A model generated the notes under the pieces. It ran no database searches. It was not told the DNA's origin and was given only the letters and a program-made list of their open reading frames with translations. From positions 434,001 through 498,000 of the forward strand of contig JBNJNM010000013.1 in NCBI GenBank assembly GCA_052426225.1: a stretch of 64,000 nt of DNA, read 5' to 3'. Position 1 is the stretch's first letter. Each line of letters begins with the position of its first letter. Below, piece after piece: positions 1 through 12,579 of this stretch. The DNA is from Zancudomyces culisetae HAW-14-8 (Eukaryota > Fungi > Kickxellomycota). The translations under genes and the position numbers were made by a program.

Positions 1-853
1 GTCAGAATGAGCAGGTAAATACCCCTTTCTGAGTTTTTTTTTATACTGCAGTGATGCAAGGATATTTGTGAAAACCGAATCGAGCGAGTAATTACAGCGA
101 GATATAAAAAATCACCTATAAATTCCCTGTACTATTACTTTGTATGTATTAATGGCTTGAATGGAAATCCAGCCCACAACAACTCAGCTAATAGGGTTTG
201 ATAGATTACAAGAGACCGGGCTTTCATTAGAGGAGATTGAGGATATTAGAAGGCAATTTCATTCTATTCATGGCACAGATAATGGTAAGAGTCATGTTAT
301 GACTTTATATTTTACAGAAAAAGACCACGAGTAAAAAAAACCACCTTTTTGAACGCGTATTTACATACAACTTTCTACTCTTTCTTTCCGTAGAAAATGT
401 TGATAGACTTAGGGAGATAGAAGAATCCTGGATGGATAGTAATGCAAATGAAGAGTCTCAAGAAATAAGTAAGAAGCAGCAAGCATGTTTTACATATATA
501 GTACGCCTATTCACTAACATGCATATCTATTTAAAAATCTAGCAATGTCGTTCAACAATATCTACCTGATATGTGGATTGATATTGGGCTTCTTTGGGGG
601 ATTTATCCCATTTCTCTTTGTATCGGCAAAAGGCCGAACATTTCATCTCCAGACAATAATAGGTGGGTGAAATCTTTTTTTTAAAAAAACATCAGTATTC
701 ATCAGTATTCACTTGTGCCATTGCGTAATGCTGGATGCTACATTCCTTCTAACTTTGAATGCCACTAAACTAAATTTAAACGCGTGAAATCTAGGGATGA
801 TATCAGGCATTGTAATAAATCTGAGCTTTGGAATCATGCGATATTTGACATAG
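1..853 (+). CDS. DSC3: DSC E3 ubiquitin ligase complex subunit 3 (DUF2407 C-terminal part), 5'-truncated, multi-exon
   Basis: Manual splicing of exons <1-14, 173-284, 394-468, 543-662 and 795-853 (all GT..AG) gives ...PTTTQLIGFDRLQETGLSLEEIEDIRRQFHSIHG...LREIEESWMD...LICGLILGFFGGFIPFLFV...GMISGIVINLSFGIMRYLT*. The GFDRL/EI..R.QF and EE.W.D motifs plus two terminal TM helices are typical of Dsc3. Missed by the ORF track. Confidence 0.85.
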
Positions 854-1264
854 AATGTATATTTTGCCTTGTTTTTTCCTTTCACAGCCAAATTTATATT
901 TTTTTGGCTTAGTGTACAATATCACCACTTACTCATATTATTCTTTTTTTTTGCGTATGGTTTAGTTTTGATACATTAAAATGTAGCTCAGATAGTATAC
1001 CGATTTAGATTCAACAAGCATGTCTTTCGTCAAGCATAGTTGTCGTGTGTTTTATAACACATTCGCAAAGAATAAACATGAACAGCCAAAAAAAATTCTT
1101 TTTTTTGAAAACGTCTGGGAAAAGAAAACGGTAATGCATGTTATTACCCTTTATTGAGAGTAAAGAGTGTTAGGTTGGTGTTGTTTCGGATAAAAGTGTA
1201 TTTTCTCTTTCTATAAGATAATACCAATGGATGTACACTATAAATTTTTTTGATAAACAATCCT

Positions 1265-2199
1265 CTACTCGGCTTTGTTTGAACGGTTTTCTTGGTAGAA
1301 TCTGTCAAACTCATTTTGCATTTTTATTTGATCGGCCAAGAAAAATCCTCGGATTCTGGGGCTGTTTGGATCTCTGGGAAAACTTCGGTCATCCTTATCA
1401 AATGCAACTGATATTACTCTCTTTTCCTTCTTGCCTACCATTTGTCTGTAAAATCTTACATATCCAGGAACCAAGGAAAATATTGTATGGTCTTTACCCA
1501 TACCAACCTACATTGAATCAAATACAACTAAGTTCAAGACAGTTCAAGTCATCTATAAAGTATATTTAGTCGGTATGTACTCACATTTTCTCCTGGGTGG
1601 AATTTTGTTCCTCTCTGTCTCATTATAATGTTTCCTGGGATTACGAATTCTCCTATTAAATCAAAAATAAGGGTTTTTATAGACATAAACCCATATGTGT
1701 TAGAGGTCTTTTCTCTTTAAAAGATGTTGTTGTTGTTGTGACGAGATATGAATTCAAGAAGTATTATCGTTACCATCGGTTTTTTTGGCGCCAAGCCTTC
1801 TACCAGCAGAGTCTCTGCCATTTCTTGTTGTACCACCAGTTTTTTTCGATGCAAAACGAATTTGCTGTTGGTTTATTTCTATATATATAAATAACAAAGT
1901 TACAAGTCAATAAATGCATTGATGTTTCTAATGTCAACATTGCCTAGAGTACTCGACAACTCTAGAAATTCAATGCTAGAAAAGGCAAACAAAGCTGGAT
2001 AAGATGTATAATTTGGACAAGGCTCAAAAAAGATAGAAAAAAAGTGGCGCTTTAGCTACTGCATTATTTCTGGGCGTACATTGATCAAACAGGACAAGAT
2101 CGAATCAAAAATGCAAAATGGTTCCTTACCTTGAAACAATGATTTGCTTAGGGTGCTTTCCGTGGATCGTACCAATATGTTACCGAAATATTTGATCAT
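1265..2199 (-). CDS. MRP7: Mitochondrial ribosomal protein bL27m
   Basis: Exons 2199-2130, 1878-1774, 1652-1585 and 1507-1265 splice in frame to [12 protein letters not shown]...[72 protein letters not shown]. This is the L27 signature with an N-terminal presequence. Confidence 0.93.
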
Positions 2200-4301
2200 C
2201 TTGGTTTATGTTTTGTTCAACAGGGCAATCTTTAAATTCTCACCTTGGTGTTTCTATTCTGGGTTTATTATTAGAGATATACTATTCGTTTGATAGGTTT
2301 TGTGATCTATGCTGCTCGAAAATTTTTTTGACCTTTGAATTGCAATTTGGAAAACTAGATAAATTAACTGATTTGATAATAATAATAAAAAGGGTAATTA
2401 TGCTGAAAAGTATTTTTTTTTGAAGGTTTGATCAACCTTTTGCTGGAGCGCTATGCTAAGCCATCTATCTATTGAGTAAGTGGCTATGTTCTACAATGCA
2501 CAATAAAAAAAAGTGAAATATCAGAAACATTTGTGAGTAAGAGTAAAAAGATAAGAGTACGTTGGCCATGGAAGACCAATGTTGACATTACGTTATCTGA
2601 TGTTTTGAACACAACTTTGATCAAGACAAGTCACATACATAAAAAAACAACTACTGTTGATGAAAATAGTGAGAACCTATCTGTCTATATCTTGATATAG
2701 CTGGTTAAGTTATACTGCTATAAAAATATTAAAAAGCAGTGGTGGGTTTTGTACAGCCAAGCTGGAACAACTGTGAGGGTCAGTAGTGCATAAAAACAAA
2801 AGTACCAGCCAAATAAGTATGAATTAGTAAAATAGAGTTGACTAGTGTAGTATTTCAAAGGAAGCTCATGTCTGTATATGAAAAAGATGAAAATATGAGG
2901 AGGTTTTCGACTCCGCATTCGCAAGGAGCTGTTCCTTACAAATTATCAATTGAACATGACAGTAGTTATTTTCTAATGAACATGGTTTACAAGAAAATGC
3001 GGAGACCCAATACTATCATCTTTGGTGAGGCAAGTGCTTAGAGCCGTTTAGTGTAATTTTAAATTATCGGATGGGAAAACTGAGACGGTTTAATATTCCC
3101 AGACTAAATTGAACACCAAACACAATGTTAGCCAAAACAAAGCAATTTGAAAAGGTTGAAAACAAAAATGAAACAGGTTTTGATATTTTGATTATTTAAC
3201 AGTATATTCGAAATTGAAAATCAGGTCAGCTAAAACACTCGACCAGAATCAGATCCAACTGGGACGAAATGCTATAGATTGCAAATATGAGGAAATACAT
3301 ACTAAACCTGAATATCAAAGGCTGAAGCAATATCGAGCATATTCAAATCACATTCAGAGGCAGCACTACTAAACAGGATCAAAAAAAAAACTGCTAGGTT
3401 TTTAGACATTGAATAGAGTACATCCAAATGCGCCTACGCAGATAAAAACGACATTGCAAAGAAGAATACATGGTTTAATGCTGAACCAGGACGAACATGG
3501 TACCATATCACATCCATAACATTTGATAATCACATATGCTCTAATCCTCTTAGCGCATATAAAAGAAAAAATAATCAAATAGACTCAATACAATGACAAA
3601 CCGTATCGATGATACCAAGATAATGGAAGCCACACGGATATATTCATTGAAGCATTTTATTATAACTACAAAACGGGATGAATTTTTCTCAAGAATCAGC
3701 TTATATTTCATTTTCAATTAAGTAAATAACTCGATTCATTTGTAAGAAAAATCGAAATAGAGCATACAATTCTTTTAATACCCAATGAAATTTTGTAGAA
3801 AAATAGCGCGACTTTGAGAAAATTAACGAAAAAAAATAAGGGGTCGAACAGCGAGTTAAAACAAACCAAAACGGGTTTCAGGACAGGTAATGTGTAAGCC
3901 AGTTTAAAGGATCCTTATATAAGATATCCGGATAAACATTGGAGGCTTTGTGTTTTGGAAGGTTTGATAACTTTTCTAAATATAAATACGACGGAGATAT
4001 ATAGTATTCTTTAGCACTTTTGAGCCAAGATAACCCGGAGAGAACAAGTGAAATAATTTTAATGTAAGTTCGCCATCATAAAAAAACGGTTGCCTTATGG
4101 GGGGAGAAGGAGGAGGATAAAAAAAAGGATAAAAGCAAGGGTCCTATTTCTATTTCTAGTTTTAGTCTTATTGTGTGCCATGAACATCCAAAATATAGTA
4201 GGATTAGTAAAAGCAATACCTCAATCATTAATACATTGCATATACTCGAAATATAGAATAATACCAGAGTGCACGGAGGAAAAAAAAAGCAACAAAGAAA
4301 A

Positions 4302-5462
4302 ATGACAAAAATAGCAAGTTTAGACGATATAGAAAGGTTAGCTCACCAAAAGCTAGATAAAAATGCACTTGATTACTATTCATCCGGTGCACAAGACGAA
4401 CTTACGCTGCGAGACAACATTCGGGCCTTTGACAGATATCAGATCCGACCACGGGTACTCAGAGATGTTTCGTGCGTAAATACTGATGTCAAGCTCTTTG
4501 GAAACAAGTTTGCCAGTCCAATATTTATTGCTCCTGCAGCGATGCAAAAGATGGCGCACCCAGAAGGCGAAAAGGCAACAGTGCGAGCAGCTTTTAGGAA
4601 AAATATAGCCGTTGGGATTTCAACTATGACCACCACAGGCTTTGATGAGCTTTGGGAAACAGTACAACCAATATTAAATGAAAAAAAGACACAGGCAGAA
4701 GAAATCTACAACCCAACATTGTGGTTTCAATTATATGTGTATAAAGACAGGGCCAGATCACTAGATATCATAAGAAAAGCAGAACGGAATGGATTTACCG
4801 CAGTGGTGGTTACTGTAGACACACCAGTACTCGGACGACGATTGGCAGACATCAAGAATGAATTTGCGCTCCCACCACACCTAAGCTTGGCTAACTTTAC
4901 TGATGTACTGGAAAGTGAAAGTGATGCAAACGGAGGAGTTAAAAGCACAAATATTTCAATGATTGCGAAATGTATTACACAGGCAGTAGATCCAAGCTTG
5001 ACATGGGAAGATATGAAATGGCTTAAGAGACAGACCAAACTGCCAGTGTTGGTAAAAGGAGTGCTTACAGCACAAGATGCAGTGTTGGCAGTCGAACATG
5101 GAATGGACGGAATAGTTGTCAGCAACCACGGCGGTAGACAACTAGATACTGCTCCTGCAACAATTGATGCGCTAGCAGAGGTAGCAGAGGCAGTCAATGG
5201 AAGAATCCCTGTATTGATGGATGGTGGCGTCCGTAGAGGCACAGATGTTTTCAAGGCATTGGCACTAGGCGCTAAAGGAGTGTTCCTTGGACGTCCAAAT
5301 CTTTGGGGCCTGGCATACAATGGCGAAGAGGGGGTCTGTACTATGCTTGATTTGATCAATGAAGAATTCAGGCTCGCCATGGCACTAGCCGGTTGCACCA
5401 AGATCAGTGATATAAACAAAACCTTCATCCAGAGATCACCGACATACAGTGCAAAGCTCTGA
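4302..5462 (+). CDS. Peroxisomal FMN-dependent (S)-2-hydroxy-acid oxidase (glycolate oxidase/HAO family)
   Basis: Motifs DYY.SGA.DE.TL..N, WFQLYVYKDR, VVTVDTPVLGRR, VSNHGGRQLD and DGGVRRGTDV. C-terminal PTS1 -AKL. No cytochrome b5 domain, so not Cyb2. First ATG is at 4302 (the ORF track starts at an upstream GTG). A possible 5'UTR intron starts at GTAAGT 4064. Confidence 0.92.
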   Translation: MTKIASLDDIERLAHQKLDKNALDYYSSGAQDELTLRDNIRAFDRYQIRPRVLRDVSCVNTDVKLFGNKFASPIFIAPAAMQKMAHPEGEKATVRAAFRKNIAVGISTMTTTGFDELWETVQPILNEKKTQAEEIYNPTLWFQLYVYKDRARSLDIIRKAERNGFTAVVVTVDTPVLGRRLADIKNEFALPPHLSLANFTDVLESESDANGGVKSTNISMIAKCITQAVDPSLTWEDMKWLKRQTKLPVLVKGVLTAQDAVLAVEHGMDGIVVSNHGGRQLDTAPATIDALAEVAEAVNGRIPVLMDGGVRRGTDVFKALALGAKGVFLGRPNLWGLAYNGEEGVCTMLDLINEEFRLAMALAGCTKISDINKTFIQRSPTYSAKL

Positions 5463-5601
5463 GCTCGTTTGATATTATTAAAAAAATTTATTTGGTCTTA
5501 GTGCTATTATATTACGTTATACTAGTTGGAAAAAGGAAGTAAGAAATAAAGTTAGGAAACGGAAATGTAATGACAATCGGAAACAAGTATGAATTAAAAT
5601 A

Positions 5602-8328
5602 CTATTGTTTTTCGTTTTTAGATTCATCTTCAGGTTTGGAAGAAGGTTCGTCAAGAATAAAGTCTTCATACTGAACCTTTTCACCAAAAGGTCTTGGGCC
5701 AAGCAAATCCAGCATGTCCTGTCGCTGAAGAACTTCCTTTTCAAGGAGTCGCTGAGCAACTTTTTCGACTTCAGCACGTTTTTCAGTCAGGAGCGTCAGA
5801 GTTCGGGCATAGGCAACGTCAATCATAGAACGGGCTTCCTTGTCAATTAGCTCAGCCGTGGCCTCGGAGTATGGTCGGTTAAAGCGCTGTTCGTTTTGCG
5901 GGTCATTGAAGTTAATCTGACCGACGTTTTTGTTCATACCATACTGAACAATCTGAGCGTATGCCATACGAGTAACTTTTTGCAAGTCGTCGGCAGCTCC
6001 AGTGGTTACAACGCCAAAGAATAATTCTTCGCTGGCACGACCACCAAGAGTCATGCACATACGATCCATTAACTGTTCAGTGGAGTAGAGGTACTGGTCC
6101 TTTGGCAAGTACTGGGCATACCCAAGTGCGCCGATACCGCGTGGAATAATCGAAACCTTGAGGAGTGGATCAGCGTGTTTCAAGAACCAACCAGCGACAG
6201 CATGGCCAGCTTCGTGATGTGCGACAGTCTTCTTCTCCTCAGGAGAGAGCACGCGTGACTTCTTTTCGAGTCCTGCAATCACACGCTCGATGGCCGCTTC
6301 AAAGTGTTGCAGCTCAACGAGTTGTGCGTTTCTCCTGGCTGCGATCAGAGCGGCTTCGTTACAAACGTTGGCGATATCAGCGCCAGAAAAGCCTGGGGTC
6401 AATACAGCCATGCGGTTGGCTAGTTTTTCCAAGTTTTCGTTTGTTTTGATGGGTTTAAGGTGAACCTTGTAAATATCTGCACGACCACCAATGTCTGGTA
6501 GATCCAGCGAAATACGACGATCAAAACGACCCGGACGGGTCAGAGCGCTGTCCAGGACATCTGGACGATTGGTACCAGCCAACACCACAATGTGTGCATC
6601 CGACGAGAACCCGTCCATCTCTACCAGAAGTTGATTTAGTGTGCTCTCCCGCTCATCATTACCACCGCTAAACTGTTTACCACCGCCTCTTGACTTTCCA
6701 ATTGCATCGATTTCATCAATAAAGATAATGCATGGTGAGTTTTTCTTGGCGTTTTGAAACAAATCACGCACTCTGGAAGCTCCAACACCTACAAACATCT
6801 CCACAAATTCGGAACCGCTCACTGAAAAGAATGGCACACCCGCCTCCCCAGCTGTTGCCTTGGCCAAAAGCGTCTTTCCTGTTCCAGGTGGTCCGCTAAG
6901 AATTGCACCTCGTGGTATTTTAGCTCCCAGGCGTTCGTACCGATCTGGGTTTTTCAAGAAATTGACAAACTCCATAATTTCCTCTTTGGCTTCATCACAT
7001 CCTGCAACATGCTTGAACTTTACCTTGATGTCTGTTTCCTTGTTGTACATCTGTGCTTTGCTCTTGCCTACGCCAAATATTCCTCCTGATCCTCCTCCTG
7101 CTCCGCCTACACCTCTACGTGACATGTATACGAATGCTCCGATGAGTAGCAACGTTGGTCCAAAGTTCAGTAGAATCTGTCCAAGTGGTGTTTCAGTTTC
7201 ATATTCCACTGGAATTCGATACGCTGGTGGAATTCCCAACTCATTCTGTGCATCTGTCAAATCACGTTCAAATGCTTCAACACTGCCAATGTTGAACTCC
7301 ACCTGCTTCTTTCTTCTCGGTTTTCTCCCATCTTTACCCTGTACCTGCTGTTGTTGTACTTTTGCATCATCGCTAAATGCATATTCATTGCTGTTATTCC
7401 CATACTCATTCACTTGCTTGTTTTCTACTGGGCTGTCCAGTAAAACTACTCTGACCAACGACCGGTTTATCACTATAAATCTCGCCACAAGCCCCTTCTC
7501 CAAGTATCTTGATCTCACTTCCTGCCACGTCAGTACCTCGGTTTCGAGCCCGCCCACATATCCTAGCATTTGGTACAATACAAGAGGCGCTAGCAGATAC
7601 AAAAGAACACCACTTCCGTTGCCACCGCTACCTGCACCACCTCCATTTCCGCTGCCACTCCCGCTACCTGCACCACCTTTGGGTGTTCCTTGTTGTGGCC
7701 TTTTGCTCTTATCTTGCCTTTTTGGCATTCCCTCATCTTTTTTTCCTTCTACTCCTGAACTTTCCTCTTGTTTGCTCTCCTGTTGTTTATTACTAGATCT
7801 ACCTTTGTCAAAGAAATGCTCAAATCCTGGTGGTGGATTTTTTTCAAAAAACTTTTCCTTGTTTAACAAGTTGTTAATCATCTTGCTGGGTATTTCTTCA
7901 GCTAAATCTTTCTTGGGATCATTACTCTTGTTGTTACTATTCCGTTCACCTCCTGGCAAACTGTGACCTTTGTCATTATGTCCATTTTCATCGCGGTTGT
8001 TTTTTTCCGTAGAATAGCTTCTTCTCCCCCCTAAGATCGAAATTTTACTAACCCTACCATCCTGCGCAAATTTGTTAGCGAGACTGATGCGTTCAAATAA
8101 TAATGCTCCTGTGTTATTGACAGAGCTAGATCTTTTTAGCGGAGTTTCCTTTCCAACATTTTGATCTATTAGACTATCCCAAAAGTTCATATCAGCGATT
8201 TTTGTTCTGATGCTACTAATGGACATTGCCCTGGTCTGCATCTTCGCAGCATCTTTGAACATCCTTGCCTCCACCTTTACACTGGGGATCATTGATATCC
8301 TGGATCCTATTGCCCGTGTTAAGCTCAT
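5602..8328 (-). CDS. AFG3: Mitochondrial m-AAA protease subunit (AFG3/YTA12 family, FtsH-like)
   Basis: Two TM segments, Walker A GPPGTGKT, Walker [20 protein letters not shown] and zinc motif HEAGH. Single exon. AFG3 versus YTA12 paralog identity is not resolved. Confidence 0.9.
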   Translation of the reverse strand: MSLTRAIGSRISMIPSVKVEARMFKDAAKMQTRAMSISSIRTKIADMNFWDSLIDQNVGKETPLKRSSSVNNTGALLFERISLANKFAQDGRVSKISILGGRRSYSTEKNNRDENGHNDKGHSLPGGERNSNNKSNDPKKDLAEEIPSKMINNLLNKEKFFEKNPPPGFEHFFDKGRSSNKQQESKQEESSGVEGKKDEGMPKRQDKSKRPQQGTPKGGAGSGSGSGNGGGAGSGGNGSGVLLYLLAPLVLYQMLGYVGGLETEVLTWQEVRSRYLEKGLVARFIVINRSLVRVVLLDSPVENKQVNEYGNNSNEYAFSDDAKVQQQQVQGKDGRKPRRKKQVEFNIGSVEAFERDLTDAQNELGIPPAYRIPVEYETETPLGQILLNFGPTLLLIGAFVYMSRRGVGGAGGGSGGIFGVGKSKAQMYNKETDIKVKFKHVAGCDEAKEEIMEFVNFLKNPDRYERLGAKIPRGAILSGPPGTGKTLLAKATAGEAGVPFFSVSGSEFVEMFVGVGASRVRDLFQNAKKNSPCIIFIDEIDAIGKSRGGGKQFSGGNDERESTLNQLLVEMDGFSSDAHIVVLAGTNRPDVLDSALTRPGRFDRRISLDLPDIGGRADIYKVHLKPIKTNENLEKLANRMAVLTPGFSGADIANVCNEAALIAARRNAQLVELQHFEAAIERVIAGLEKKSRVLSPEEKKTVAHHEAGHAVAGWFLKHADPLLKVSIIPRGIGALGYAQYLPKDQYLYSTEQLMDRMCMTLGGRASEELFFGVVTTGAADDLQKVTRMAYAQIVQYGMNKNVGQINFNDPQNEQRFNRPYSEATAELIDKEARSMIDVAYARTLTLLTEKRAEVEKVAQRLLEKEVLQRQDMLDLLGPRPFGEKVQYEDFILDEPSSKPEDESKNEKQ

Positions 8329-9816
8329 TTTGATTAATCGCTGTCTATTGTCTATGTTTATCTCTATATACTCAAACGCCCTTCTTTTGATATTTATTTT
8401 TCTCTACCCGATACAAAACTCGAGACTGCACTTTGACAGTTTAATATTTTTATGATCTCCAAGATTATGTATTACCCGGAGTATTCTATCTCGCCTACTA
8501 TATCGCCTGTAATTCCAATAAATCAGTATTTTTATCAAAATTTATTTTTGTTTGCTTGCTGACTTTTGACTCCTTAAATCGTTTTATTCTAGGTTGATAA
8601 TAAACCATAATAGGGTGCAAAATGAGAATACCAAGAAAATTCGATAAATTCCTCAATGGTTTACACGCTAATCAGCTCAACCCCACAACACCTAGTCAGG
8701 TCTAGTCTTTTTTCCTTTGATTTGTAATTTATTAGTAACCTGGAATAGGATGGAAGATTGTGGGCTAATCAGCAATAACAAAGAAAATCGTTTTACCGTG
8801 GTGGTGGGGGGCGGGAGGGAGCCGGAAGGAGAAACAGCAAAACACGGACCCATGCTTCCAATGTTTTAATTATTTTGCTCCTAAAATGAGCTATAGCGAT
8901 TATAGCCATATGCAGAACACTCTAGCCATGTTTTTTCGAAGAGAATTAGATTATGACTTAGCTCACCTTCAACAACAGTAATGTATACTCTATATACGGC
9001 TGAGCTCAAAGACGTGTCTTGTACTGTCTATGCTCTCATATACGAGCATCAATATCCTCTATTCATTTAACTACACACTCGGCTTATATCAATCCTAGTG
9101 TACTTTTTTTTTTACCCAGCCATTTACCCTCAAAAAGCTGAGAAAAATCGCTAAACTTGGTCATAAACAAAGAATTTTTTATTTTTATTTGTATATGTAT
9201 TGTCAATTCATGCTAAAGCTGATAGAGTTCAAGTGTTTACCATAGAAATACCATGAATAAAAGACTAATTGCGAGAAAAACTATGTGCAGAAATATCTCT
9301 CTCTGATGAATAACCACTAGTCTATAACAATGGATAGTTACTTCACCATTTTATGTTCCATTCCCGTTTTTTGGTCTACAATACATTATCATTCTTGTTC
9401 CCCGCTTTAAAATATCAGAATCCTGCATTCAAACCAACTACGCAATAAAAAAACAGTATATAAAAATAGGCCATTATCATTTCTTGGCAAAACTTGAATG
9501 CACAACACTTGCTAAAAGCGAATTGTAGAGCACATGGATTCATACGGCTTTTTAGCCTGCCACTCCCTTTGAAACCGACTAGCACTGATTTGTATGTTTC
9601 ATTATGAATGGACTTCCTATCGCGCCCTCTTCCCTCTGCCTTTTAACTAAAGTTTATTTTGGTAAAACTAAAAAAAAATGTCATGTTCAAATTCAAATTC
9701 AGCATAACAGCTACAAATCCATTTAAAAAAATTTACACAATAATTTCCCCATAACTTTGCAAAAATAGAAATAAACGTATATATTGAACCGCTAATCATG
9801 GAACTGTTGGAAAATC

Positions 9817-10012
9817 ATACCGTTCAAGCCTTTTGGCTATGATCAATGTGTAGTATCTGTTCTTCTTAGTTTGACCACTAAGACTAGTCCACTGGACTAA
9901 TAGTGATCATTTTATTTTTAGGACGTTGGCTTGGTGAGTTTAAAAGTCTGCATGCAGACTCTCACGGGAGCACTGGTGCCTTTAGCCTTGCACTTTATGC
10001 TAAGTGGCGCCG
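9817..10012 (+). ncRNA. U2: U2 spliceosomal snRNA
   Basis: GCCTTTTGGCTATGATCAATGTGTAGTATCTGTTCTT (9828-9864) matches the conserved U2 5' core, with branch-site recognition GTAGTA at 9850-9855. Also present: stem IIa CTTAGT/ACTAAG, stem IIb TAGTCC/GGACTA, U-rich Sm site at about 9909-9921, stem III GTGAG..AGTCTG/CAGACT..CTCAC, and stem IV GGTGCC..TTAGC/GCTAA..GGCGCC with a TTGCAC loop (U2B''-type). Length about 195 nt; ends approximate. Confidence 0.95.
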
Positions 10013-10261
10013 AGCAAACCCTACAAGCTAAACTATTATTTATTAAAAAAAACAAACAAACTTTCGGTTGACTACAGCTGTTCTGTCATTCGCCTGGTTG
10101 CATGAGTGCATAGATTTAGTGCTATGTTGTGTTTCGCAGGTATTTCGGGCGTGATATTGGTTGATACTATGTCTACACAACATGACTATCTATTTCTGCG
10201 ATTTTGCAAGTGTAGACAATATAATACATGATTCGTGGATGTTGAGCAAGCAAAACGTGGT

Positions 10262-12579
10262 TTATTTTAAAGACTGGTAAAATACAAAGTTGGAGTCAAG
10301 AAAGAACAAATTGAGAGCAGGAATCGCCACACACAAATTAAGAGTCCTGCCTGGTTCGTTGTATGCGCCAACTGATATAACAGGCAAGTCACGAAGATAG
10401 CGTTTCTTGTTGGTTTTTAAAAATACTGGAGAGTTTCTAGCAAAAGTTTTCAAACTAACAGCGAAGTGTTGTACACCGATACAAAGAAGGTGATCACGAT
10501 GTTTATCCAAGTTGTGCTCGGCAATTTGTTGAGAATTCAGCGGAACAAACATTTCAGAAGTAGCCGCAAGCTCAAGCGGAGTGACAGTCCATCCATCGTA
10601 TCCAGTGGGGTCATTGACTTCAAGTCTCAAGAAAAACCTATCATCCCATAAAACTGTGTTTCCAAATTCGTTTTGGCTTATCACAAGTTTTCTTAGCTCT
10701 TCTCTTGTATGAGGCTGCCTTATAAAAGTAAAGCTCTGGTTATTTTTAGCCGTGGGAGGAAGAAGCACTAGCCCGCCTGCACAGACAGCTGAGAACCCTC
10801 TCCTGTTTTTTTTTGCATCTACTTTATAAGCATCATTTTTGTACACTGGTTGGTTGTCGCTTGCAGTTTCTGACTCGATAAACCTCTTTATTTGTGCTCT
10901 AAATTTCAGTACATGTTCTAGATTCAAGGGATGCTCAGTCCGTACCACTCTTCTTGCCGTGGAAATTATACAGTTATTTAACAGATGATCGTTATGCAGA
11001 ATTAAATCATGTTCAACATGAGTGTTTTCTGAAAAGCTGGCACAACTCAAATTTCTCAAATTCCAGGAGCTGGTACAGCTAACCTCATCGAATTCTTCAA
11101 TCCTTTCAAGAGTCCTTTGCACTACGACAATTTAGTTAAGTAGAACATGTTCCACCCTCAATTCTTTTAGTGAGTCAAAAAACATTATACCAGGATTCCA
11201 CAAAAGTAGTAAAGTGGCAAACCACTCGTTCAAAGAAAAAAAGAGTCCAGCAACCATTGCTAGAAAAATTAACTCTGTAACTACCTACCTAAGTTAGACG
11301 AATAGCGAACGTGGCTCTTGATCCTTCCTATCAAATCCAATACTGTGTCGTTCTCAAACATTTTAAGCTTGGAACTTTGGCTGTGCTTTTGAACTTCGGC
11401 GTCACTAATAACCCTTCTTACCATATTTCTTTGAAATAGAGTATCTTTATTTGTAGGATCTTCAAACCACTGGAGCTGGTTCCCTCTACATATTTTCGTT
11501 AATTCTTCCTAATTTATCGTTTTATATATTGAAATGGGCATGTCTAACGCCCATGTCGCATGGGAAAAAGAAAACTGAAAAAGAAAATTGAAATACAACA
11601 AGGTATGGGACCTTTTACCAATAATATATATATTTGGGTACCTTTTTGAAACCCAGCAATGGTCTGATTAGCTGAATGTTTTTTGTTTCAGGAGTGAACC
11701 GAAAAGGAAACTCTGAAAAGACCGACATCCCGGCCAGGCCATTTATCCCGCTTTGTCTAGCCAACCTCATAATAAACGTTTCCACCTGATCACCTGCGTG
11801 GTGTCCTGTAATTAGCCCAGTAATCCTGTTATCTACACAGTACTCACCCAAGAGCCTATATCTCCATTTTCTTGCAGCCTCCTCTATTCTTGATGTACTT
11901 TTTGGTCTGGGTACGCTTATACTCGAGGCAAAATCAGAACACAACACCTTTTCCTGTGAACCACCAAAAGATAAACCGACTTTCTTCGAATCCGTACAGT
12001 TGGCTGTGTCTACCCATCTAATAGTCAACACCTTGGTACTGTATCCTATTTTAATCAATGTCAATTCCCAAACAATTAATAATACTCAGTAGTCAATGAG
12101 CGGAGCCATGGTACCCCAAAATAAACCTTTTCTTAGAATATTCACACTTCTGACTCTCTTCTCTCGCTTTTCAGATTATTTAAAGTTTCAAAGTTAAAGC
12201 TGAACTAATATATATATATATATGATAGTGTGGGTATACATAAACAGTCTTTACTCCTTAACTTACCTAGCTTGCTAAGACATTCTCTAACTTTTTGTGC
12301 TTCCACTGTACTTTCAGCCCTTAATCCGTGATCAACCACCAACGCGACACATCGTTCAAAAATCCGACTGTTTTTAATCAAATATGCAAGTGCAATACTG
12401 TCAGAACCACCAGAGATCGCCAACGCTATAACGATACTAGTTCATGTCATTATCCCTTGAGTCAATTAAAGAAAACTGAAAAATATTTTTACTAAATCTG
12501 ATAAGCAACTATTATAATTACCGTATCTTTGCGCATTTTTTTCCGCTAGAGAAAGAAACTTTTCGAATTTTCTGCTCAT
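10262..12579 (-). CDS. tilS: tRNA(Ile)-lysidine synthetase (TilS/MesJ, PP-loop ATPase), probably mitochondrial, 5 exons
   Basis: Exons 12579-12522, 12425-12267, 12045-11642, 11508-11289 and 11121-10262 join in frame. Motifs ALAISGGSDS, VDHGLRAES, EEAARKWRY, GHHAGDQVETF, LIRPLL and WFEDPTN...RN are all TilS-diagnostic. The 5' end is less certain. Confidence 0.88.

Noticed and set aside
4727-7966. Long antisense ORFs (4727-5428, 6860-7966) and similar ones inside HSP104, the helicase, MTRR and NUP159
   Set aside because: They overlap well-supported conserved genes on the opposite strand, have no motifs, and are explained by codon bias or low complexity.
9303-9345. CTGATGA followed by an imperfect hairpin (hammerhead, SECIS or C-box candidate)
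   Set aside because: Lacks the GAAA core of a hammerhead, the correctly spaced AA/GA of a SECIS, and a nearby D box.
9944-9961. Perfect 16-bp palindrome AGTCTGCATGCAGACT as a possible transposon end or operator
   Set aside because: Explained as the apical part of U2 stem-loop III.
9798-10031. Apparent selenoprotein-like reading frame (MELLENHTVQAFWL-TGA-SMC, a UxxC motif, spliceable to RRWLGEFK...)
   Set aside because: The TGA and flanking bases are the conserved U2 snRNA core, and the downstream hairpins are U2 stems III and IV. No SECIS element was found.
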